Shown piece after piece: positions 55,242-64,000 of a DNA stretch of 64,000 nucleotides (the first letter of the stretch is position 1; every line of letters begins with the position of its first letter). Made by a program: the position numbers and the translations under genes. This stretch comes from Eledone cirrhosa. Lineage: Eukaryota. The notes under the pieces were generated by a model. That model saw only the letters and a list, made by a program, of their open reading frames with translations, had not been told where the DNA came from and ran no database searches. The DNA lies in NCBI GenBank assembly GCA_964016885.1, contig OZ024740.1, positions 96,410,001 through 96,474,000 on the forward strand, given 5' to 3'.

Positions 55242-58200
55242 TATTAGACTAACATTGATGATAATCATGAAAAATAACCAGAATGCGAATAACAAAAGAA
55301 GGAGGGCAGAAGTTAAAGTTAGAAATAAATTATATTCAAAATGTATAGAAACTGTTCATGAAAGAATGCTCTATAACCTTTGCATGTGACACATTGGTAC
55401 ATATATTTCATACAACTAATCATAACTATAAATGAAAACAAAAAAATACTTTTCAGAGGCATCAACATTGCTATAGATTATTAACATATTCACCAATGAC
55501 TGATCGATAGTGAGCTAGACTAGATTTAAAAGACATTCTAGCAGACAGATGCAACAATACCCAAAAATAGGGTAAATGAAAGAGTATGAAAAGAAAGCAA
55601 ATTTACAAGAATGATTTATAATATTGTGTGGTGAAAAGGCCACAGATTTGTGGGAGGGAATAGAGTATAATATTGTCCACAATACTAGGATCGTAAATAT
55701 TTTATCAACCCCAGTTGCATTGAAGTCAGTGATCAATATCGACAGGAACTCGGAATATTATGTGAAGTAAATATCATGAATTATTGTAACTGGCGCTGAA
55801 TATATATATTCAACAAGATTTGAAAGTAGTTCAGATAACATTAGCGTTAGAATTACAGTTAAATTGAATAGTAAGGTTCGTTGGTTTTATAGTTTGTCAG
55901 GGTGGGGATAAGTGTTCTCTACTCTAATGGTTAGGGATAGGTTGCACTATGGTTACAGCACCTGCGGCGGTGAGTGTGTGTGTGTGTGTTTGCTTAAATG
56001 TGCATCTGGAACAATTCTGGCGGGGTTTATGTTTTAACACATCCACATGCGCAAAAGAATCCAAATAATCCTGCAAATAATTTTCATCATCAGATATTGA
56101 GTGATAAATGTTAGTTTATTTGAATGGCCTCTGCATCTTCGAGCTAGCTGCTTTAGTGCTAATACTTCCAAGATTTTCCAGATTCTCCCGTCTAATCCTC
56201 ACAAATATTGTGTCCACACTGCCCGCAATGCTATTTTGTCAAAAATACACCATCCACATGTCGAGAGAATTTACACAATTAAATATATATTGGTATTGTA
56301 TGTTAATGCCTCCGGAAGGAGCAACGACTACATATATCATTAATGAAGTTGAATTTAAAACGTAAATGGTCGGAAGAAATAACGCAATTGGATACATCTG
56401 ATAGTCTGGCGTATCTACACAATCTATACCATATATAACTGCATGAAGGGAATGATAAGAGCATCTATAAATGCATATCAAACTTATAAATATGAATTAT
56501 TTCAAAGGTTAAATCGTTTACATTTTGTTCATAGAACACGTTATAATATTAAATTCCTAGAAAATCTTACTTTACATTTGAATATCGAGGCACATTTTAC
56601 ATGTGGAATTAAGAAGAAACGTTTCGCAGTTATCTTCCGCGTCTCATATATTACTTTGTTTAAAAAGAAATATTATTTATTGCCTCTACAGAAACATATA
56701 TATAGTGAGATTCACGTTTTTAACTTTTAAATATTGTAGAGAAACAATAATAGGGTGAGAGTAATATAGCCACAGTTTTGTGAGCCATGTTAATTTAAAG
56801 TATATCGTGTTACCCTTGTGAGAGAGATGTGTCTTAATTTCAGTGACATGTGTATTCTGTATACGTGGTAATTACCTAATTTAGGGAGCCAAATCCCTTA
56901 CAGAGGCAATACAGAAATTGTTCTGGAAATGACATTATTATCATAGCTTAGTCACTGATGTGCTCCAGCAATGCAACAATATGTTAAAAGTACAGCGATC
57001 ATGCCCACCTCGTATTTTCTCTTCCGAGATTTTAAAGCTAATTAGCCAAAATACTCCAAAGATTTAATGATGTATATTTAGGATATATAGTGAAATCCTG
57101 CTGGCATTTCTAGCATGGCTAGTAAGCACATGAATGCAATGTCTTAGCTTTAGAAGGAGCTGTGTAAAAGGTATGTTTGGTGTGGGAATTGCCTAGGCTG
57201 TTTGGAGTTTCTCGATCCGAGAATTAAACGTGTTTAGAGTTTGAAATTTTAATGAGCAAGTTAGAATAGTGAAAAAACCCAATGGCACTAGCATGTAATA
57301 AATAATTATAGCATAGAGTATTACGAAAGATATTATGATGAAATGTTCTGAATGAACATCTTCTGTTCAAAAGCAGTGTGAAGAGTGCAGTCCAATGAAG
57401 AATAAAGTAGTTAGAGAATTAGAATCGCCATATTATTCATGGTGAGCAACACACTTTATATTGGACATAAAGTAGCCCTATACGATTTATATTATTGAAG
57501 TGATACGTGGCAAAATAGTTAAAGCATATTTCATAAAATGAATAGCTTTTATATAATAGTTCTTAAACAAGAAAATTGAAATAGAGCGTAGGATTTACAT
57601 ACAAATACCTGAGCATTTATATATGAAATATATGCGATATTTGTTAATGAACGATCGTGGAATAAGCATGAATGATGCTGTCTACTTAAAGCAAATTTTA
57701 CTCGTTTATTACTTCTTCGAAAATAATGCCATTTTCGATATTGATTGTAGTAATTTTCACATTTCTTATATTTTGAGATGATTCAGTAATTCTATTTTAT
57801 CTGGTCTTGTGTTATTTGCCCAATAACAGTTACTAAGCCATGAGCACGGTATTATGTAACCAATATTTGTCTCATTAAAAACAAGGGAAATCAGGAAAAC
57901 GGAAGCATTTAAAGTTACCAGGTAGCAGGACTAAAGAAATCATTTAAATTCTAGCATGCGCAAATTAACTTTTTACTTTTTTTAGAATGTTGTAGAAGAC
58001 AAATTGAGTGTTAGAAAACTTAAAAAAGTAAAGTTGTTAAGGAACCCGGAATGGTAGTTACAGAGGATTGGTGGTTGAAAGGAAAGTCAGAATAGTAAAA
58101 TGGCGGCGAGAAAGGTCCATTTGTGTGTGTTTAAGGAGTAAGGTCCATTTGTGTGTGTTTAAGGAATAAGGTGTTTGGTTTTACTAAGGGACAGGATAAG

Positions 58201-58385
58201 ATAATGTAACAATATTTATGCCGAAATATATAATTCTTCTGAAACGGATGCGATCAACTAAAACAGTTTATTATTTATGTTGTTACATTACAGAATTTGT
58301 TGTTGTTCTCGTCGGATCAGGCTAAAATCTATTTAAATCTATTGTTAAATGATGAAGGAAAATATTACAGAGCATATGGGCTCTA

Positions 58386-58568
58386 TAATAATTGTTTCTA
58401 CTTTAGACACAAGGCCAGCAATTACCCAGTGCATTACTGGTACTTTATTTTATCGACCCCGCAAGGATGAAAGGCAAAGTCAACCTCGGCGGGATTTGAA
58501 CTCAGATCGAAAAGGGACTTAACGATGCTGGAAAGCATGGCGTCCGACCCTCTACCGATACTGCCAAT
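58386..58568 (-). mobile_element. SINE family S1
   Basis: Homology to the other S1 copies. Confidence 0.92.
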
Positions 58569-59382
58569 AATAATAATCCCATATATATCTGCTATATATT
58601 TCCCTGATAAGTAATATGTAAGCGTATATATATTATTTATGTGCGAGAAAAGTAACTAAATGATGAGTGACACGCTGAGAATATTGACAATACTGCATAT
58701 GAATAAAGAAACAGAGGTAATATAATTGATACATGCCATGGATTTCCATGTTAATTAACCCCTTATATTCACTGTACAGGTTTCAATCATACATAAGGCG
58801 ACAATATGACTCAACCATCAATAAAATGTAGGAAATAGTAAATAATTAGATAGAATACGATATGTCATCATGCTGGTATTGTATGCCAGAAATATATTTA
58901 TAAATTCATTAAAGATTATGTTTGTAAATAGAAAGGATTTGGAATAATGTATTTCACCGAATAAACTAAAATTGTTGATAAGAGGTCAAAAGATATATAT
59001 TGAAGTTACGGCCTATTTACTCAATAACGTTTATAACTTGTCTCAACGTTCGTATATTATATGATTTAAGGCAATGAAAACATCTTCCAGCTTGCAATGA
59101 TGAGTTATATCTAATCATATATAGACACAAATTCACACACACGCACAGGTATGTGCGTGCATTTGTGTTTAAGTATGTACCTCTGTGTGTGTTTATGTGT
59201 GTGTGTATGTGTATGCGTGTATGTGTGTGTGCGCGTGTGTGTGTTTGTATTTGCCTGCGGGTTGTGTGCCTGTGTCTGTGTGTGTGTGTATACGTGTCCG
59301 GCAAATTTGTTTAACACAACTGATCTATCCATTCGTCTAAAACACAAGCCAATTTATTTCTATTCAATTTTTTCACTATAAA

Positions 59383-59553
59383 AATAATTGTTTCTACTTT
59401 AGGCACAAGGCCAGCAATTACCCACTGCATTACTAGTACTTTATTTTATCGACCCCGTAAGGATGAAAGGCAGAGTCAACCTCGGTGGGATTTGAACTCA
59501 GATCGTAAAGGGACGTAACTATGCTGGAAAGCATGGCGTCCGACCCTCTACCG
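59383..59553 (-). mobile_element. SINE family S1, slightly 5'-truncated
   Basis: Homology to the other S1 copies. Confidence 0.92.
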
Positions 59554-62099
59554 TTAACTACACTTTATCTAAAAGAGAATAAACGATTACACACCGGCTT
59601 TTATGAACTTTTCTACCAAATTTCACTCACATATTGCAGAGGAAATAGAAACCACGTTATTGTGAAGTGAACTCCTTAAACATACAACCATGACTGTAAA
59701 ATGTATGCAATGAATGAAGGAAGGAGGAACACGATCAAGTTTACATGTTAGGACAATTCCATTGCTACGATAAACGAAAGTGTATGGGAAATACTACGAA
59801 TAAATTCGCGAATGTAGACAGAATTAGAAAGGTCAGCATGTTCTATTTTTTTTATTATACGTTGAACACCAAAATGGTATGGCGTATTTGACATTTCTTT
59901 CTGTATCCCTTGTTGTCAGGTAGCTTTTGAAACAATGAATTTCTATCTTGATACCACAGTTTGGAAACTTATCCGCCAACATTCAGTTATTTGTTTGTTG
60001 CAGCATGTCGCAAAGTTGTATATATTAGAACGCATGGTGCAAGACGGGCTATAATTCTCCTAGACCGTCCAGTCCATATCTATGAATTGGTTCTCGATAT
60101 CTTGGTATTTAGGGGGGATGATATACCTAGAGCATAACAGCTGAAATGCCTCTAACAGTTTGTCTACAGGTACAAATGCTTGGACCACGTACTTGTGAAG
60201 TGAACTCCTTAAACATACAACCATGACTGTAAAGGTTTATGATTAAAATCTTTATTCCATGTTGAAAATAACCTGTGGACAACTACATGTGGAAAATTAC
60301 ATCTTTGAACGATCAATAATTGTTATAATGTGAACGAATAGATTTACATAATCTAAGTTGTTAAATGCGATTTTTTCTCTCAGACGCCGGGATACATTCG
60401 GCCGGAGCTTATTCGGGATTTTGTGACGCTTAGTAACTGAGATTATACCCGTCTCACAACCAATCCATCTTTGAATAACCCTCTGGATAACCCTCTGCAA
60501 CTGTTATTACGCATCTCCAGCCAAGTGGACTAGAAACAACGTGAATACAATATGCTGCCCTTTCCCGCAGTCTATCACGCAATAATATCATTCTCATTCC
60601 AACATCCTAACAATTACGCGGCATGCTTTCAATGAAAATAAGAAACCGACAGTGAAGAACAATCTAGCTGCAGAATATAGCTTAGAGTAGAACAAAGTAC
60701 ACGGCATGTAAAAATACGCAAGAGACCTTTATCTAATATAGTAAGTATTAGAGTTATTTACAACAACGTCTGGTGCCAAAGAACGAAACATTGAGAATAA
60801 CCTAATCATTCACAATATGATGCTTAGTGTATATAAATCAATATGGCGATACATTTCTAGGTAGTAATTTCTACATGAATATAGAGCTGTGCTATATAAC
60901 AATCTATATATATTTGAACATTTTATTAGCTGTGAATCTATGAAATAGTCTTTATAATTCGAGTATATTGATGTAATCATACGTGAATAATCTCTTATAT
61001 ATTTCTTGTAATCATCAGGAATATGCAGTGCCTTTTTATTTCCTTATTTTATTTTTTATTTGTGTATTTATGTGATGGGCACATTTTCTCGTGTGCACAA
61101 GTAAGTGAGTGTACTTTTATCGGTACATTTTGAAAGCTTTTTTATGTCTTACCTTTCTTTTTCATCCTTTCTTTTTCCACCATAAACGTTGACACCTGTT
61201 TCCCTGTTTCATAATGCAAAATAAATAGCTGAGTTCAACGAGAACATAGTAATTAAAGTAATGCGTCAGAGAATGAATCACACACACCATCTCTTTCTCT
61301 CGTTCTATCTATATGTATCAATCTCTCTCTCTCTCTTTCTCTCTAGCTCTCTCTCTTTCTTTCTTCCTTTGTATAATATACACACATATATATATATATG
61401 TGTATATTCTTATCTCTCTCAAGATCTTCCAGAAACTAAATATGTTTGAATACCTTGTTTGTGCTCTCACTGAGTATATCCGTATCTATCAAAAATAGTG
61501 TCTCGTTTCCTTGGGAATAAAAATTAGACTATTTTATCTTTGTTGTTGCTATATGCTGCAAACTAGAAATGAGCGTCACATCCACAGATGGCTTTACCTC
61601 AATTACTTGTTCTGCCTAACAGCTTATGCACTTAATAACATTAGTTGCTAGTCAACCTATTAGCCATTTTGATTAGCTATGATAACTGCACTCCTCATGC
61701 ACTTAATAGTGAAACAGCTTCGAAGTGAATTGCTAATTACTTCATTTTCTTTCTACTAAATATAGATTGTATATTTTCTCTATGCTTTTTTTTAGGCCAT
61801 AGCCACACATTAGAAGTTTAATTTATTAGTCAGGCTAAAAAACATTCGTGCACATCACATCAATATTAAATCAATTACGAAAAGGCAAACATCTAAATAA
61901 ATAAACAGATAACTGTATCGGTATAAAAACATCGACAACTATCATCATTCTTTTCTTTTAGCTAGAATATAAAGTGAGACATGGGTAAAACGACTGTTCT
62001 AGCTGGGACAAAAAGATGACGACAGTCATCTCAAACATACAGTGTAATGAGTTTGTTGCCTTACAAACAAGTCACAGTATCTGTAAAGGGTCGGACACC

Positions 62100-62575
62100 G
62101 TGCCAGGCTTCCCTTCCCAACTCGAGCCGGTGGGGCTGGATCGAGGGGACGCCAAAAGGCCAGATGGCATAACCATCTTCCCGTTCCGTGGTGGCAAACC
62201 CTCGTCTGGGATGCCACTTGCACCGACACTTTCAGCTGCCGCAACCTGGTGCAGTCTGCGACTGACACAGGTTCTACTTCACGTCGGGCTGAGGGGGCCA
62301 AACTCCTCAATTACCGGTCGTTCTCCGACAGGTTTGCGGTCGTACCCCTGGATGTGGAGACTTCTGGTGTCCTCGGCCACAAGGCTACCTCCTTACTCAC
62401 CACCATAGCCGTTGAGCTGGCCAGCCGCAGGTGTGAGCCCCTCTACTTGGAGTGGCTCTTCCAGCGTGTCTCCCTCGTCGTCCACCGGGGAAACGCCTTC
62501 TCCATGGTGTCCGCCGGGACTGTGGCTGGGCCCCATCGCGCACCATTTTAGTTCTGGTACAATAAAAATAAATCA
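62100..62575 (+). mobile_element. 3' end of a CRE-clade non-LTR retrotransposon (RLE domain, frameshifted)
   Basis: EPVGLDRGDAKRPDGITIFPF..GKP/VWDATCTDT...AEGAK...VETSGVLG...[14 protein letters not shown]; stop at 62551, then AATAAA and (TA)n. Confidence 0.88.
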
Positions 62576-62607
62576 ACATAATATATTAGTGTATATACAT
62601 ATATATG

Positions 62608-62716
<109 letters not shown>

Positions 62717-64000
62717 ATATATATACATACATATATATGTTGTATAATTCGCTTCCACAGAGTTATGAAGATAAACGATATATATGTATACAATACAAAT
62801 CCAGTCTGCAGGAGGAAATACCTAATAAAATAGAACGGTGCATGTCATTAATAAAGATAACTGAAGATAACTCAATGACATTAATCTATGAGCTTAGACT
62901 ATTTTGAAAGCATACTACATGCAAGTAGTAAGAAGTGTTCAACCATGGTTATCCGTATGTTTGAACCGTTCATCTTACAGTTAACTGGTAGTTTGCTGGT
63001 GAACTGTTATCTATTTGAACATTTAGTTGTTTCAATTAACGTGTTACATGGAAATCACATGTTTGCTAGTCAGATAGACGTGTCCTGTACTTATAACTCG
63101 TCCCACTTTCTGTTCATCTGTGTCTTCATTTATAGGTATTTGGGAATAGTCTTCAGTCTGAGGATAATCTATGTGCCACATCCAAATTTCTCTCTTTCTC
63201 CCACCAGTTTCGGAGGTGCTGCAGAGCTGTAATGGCCGTTGACTGTCACTTCTGACAAATTCAAACTTTACAAAAATAAATAAATAAAAGTATCATCACG
63301 AACACCACCAACAACAATATCAATGAACAAATATGTGTATGACATCAATCTAATTCGACTGGTTATAAGTCATAACCAATTCTACCTAATATAATATAGC
63401 ATCGTTGAATATTAAAATCTAAGTATTATATTATTTTGCTCTAAATTCACAATACCTGTGATCAATTTAGGAACTCTATTGCCGAAATTATGTTATGTAT
63501 AGGCCTGCTTTAAGAGGGTGATAAATGACAATCAACAGATGTACACAATGACAATGAGAAGCGTGAATAATTTCAAAAATCGTAATAGCATCTGTGGTAG
63601 TATGAATTAGCTGTAATGATAGGTAAGTTGTTCAGTCCATACAAAAAGGAAATATTACATTATGTTTTTAAAAGTTCGTGCCGTCACCAAAATTAAGATC
63701 CCTAAACAATAGTAACATTAAAACAGTTTCTACATTTTGTCCCGATATGCTACAATATATATATATATATGAAAACATCCGCAAACATATTGTAACTTGA
63801 TAGGAGAGAATGACACTGGATAGAATATCGATAATTTTAAAACGCGGTAAATCGCAAGATTTGGTATTTGGTTATTCATCGTAGAAACGAAAAACACGGA
63901 GATACTGTTGAGCTAATGGACTGACGGACAATAGAGAGATTTTACTTTGTATTAAATGATGTTGAGGAAGAACTCACCAATTTCAAGGCTTTCATTTTTT

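Noticed and set aside
58077-58170. YY1-like AAAATGGCGGC and a 28-bp tandem duplication as a promoter
   Set aside because: Isolated short motif with no associated gene evidence.

Overview
AT-rich eukaryotic intergenic or intronic DNA, most likely from an octopod cephalopod (inferred from octopus-type tRNA-derived SINEs and dense (TA)n/(CA)n tracts). No host protein-coding gene is recognisable, and most short ORFs in the track are microsatellite artefacts. The window is dominated by retroelements: two head-to-tail R4/Dong-type non-LTR elements in a (TAA)n tract (1-7690), several Penelope-like elements (PLEs; Neptune-like, Hydra-like and Nematis-like), fragments of RTE and CRE, and at least 8 SINE copies. 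The most striking layer is RNA structure. About 15 type I hammerhead ribozyme (HHR) motifs from about 7 families can be read by eye, most with a palindromic stem III. Two families sit in ORF-less, circularly permuted tandem units (531-544 bp and 431 bp). Their insertions begin a few nt downstream of the predicted self-cleavage site, which makes them candidate retrozyme-like self-cleaving or circular RNAs mobilised by PLEs. One PLE family carries a recurring non-canonical CAGAAGA core. All structures were folded by eye; clade names and ribozyme activity are unverified.
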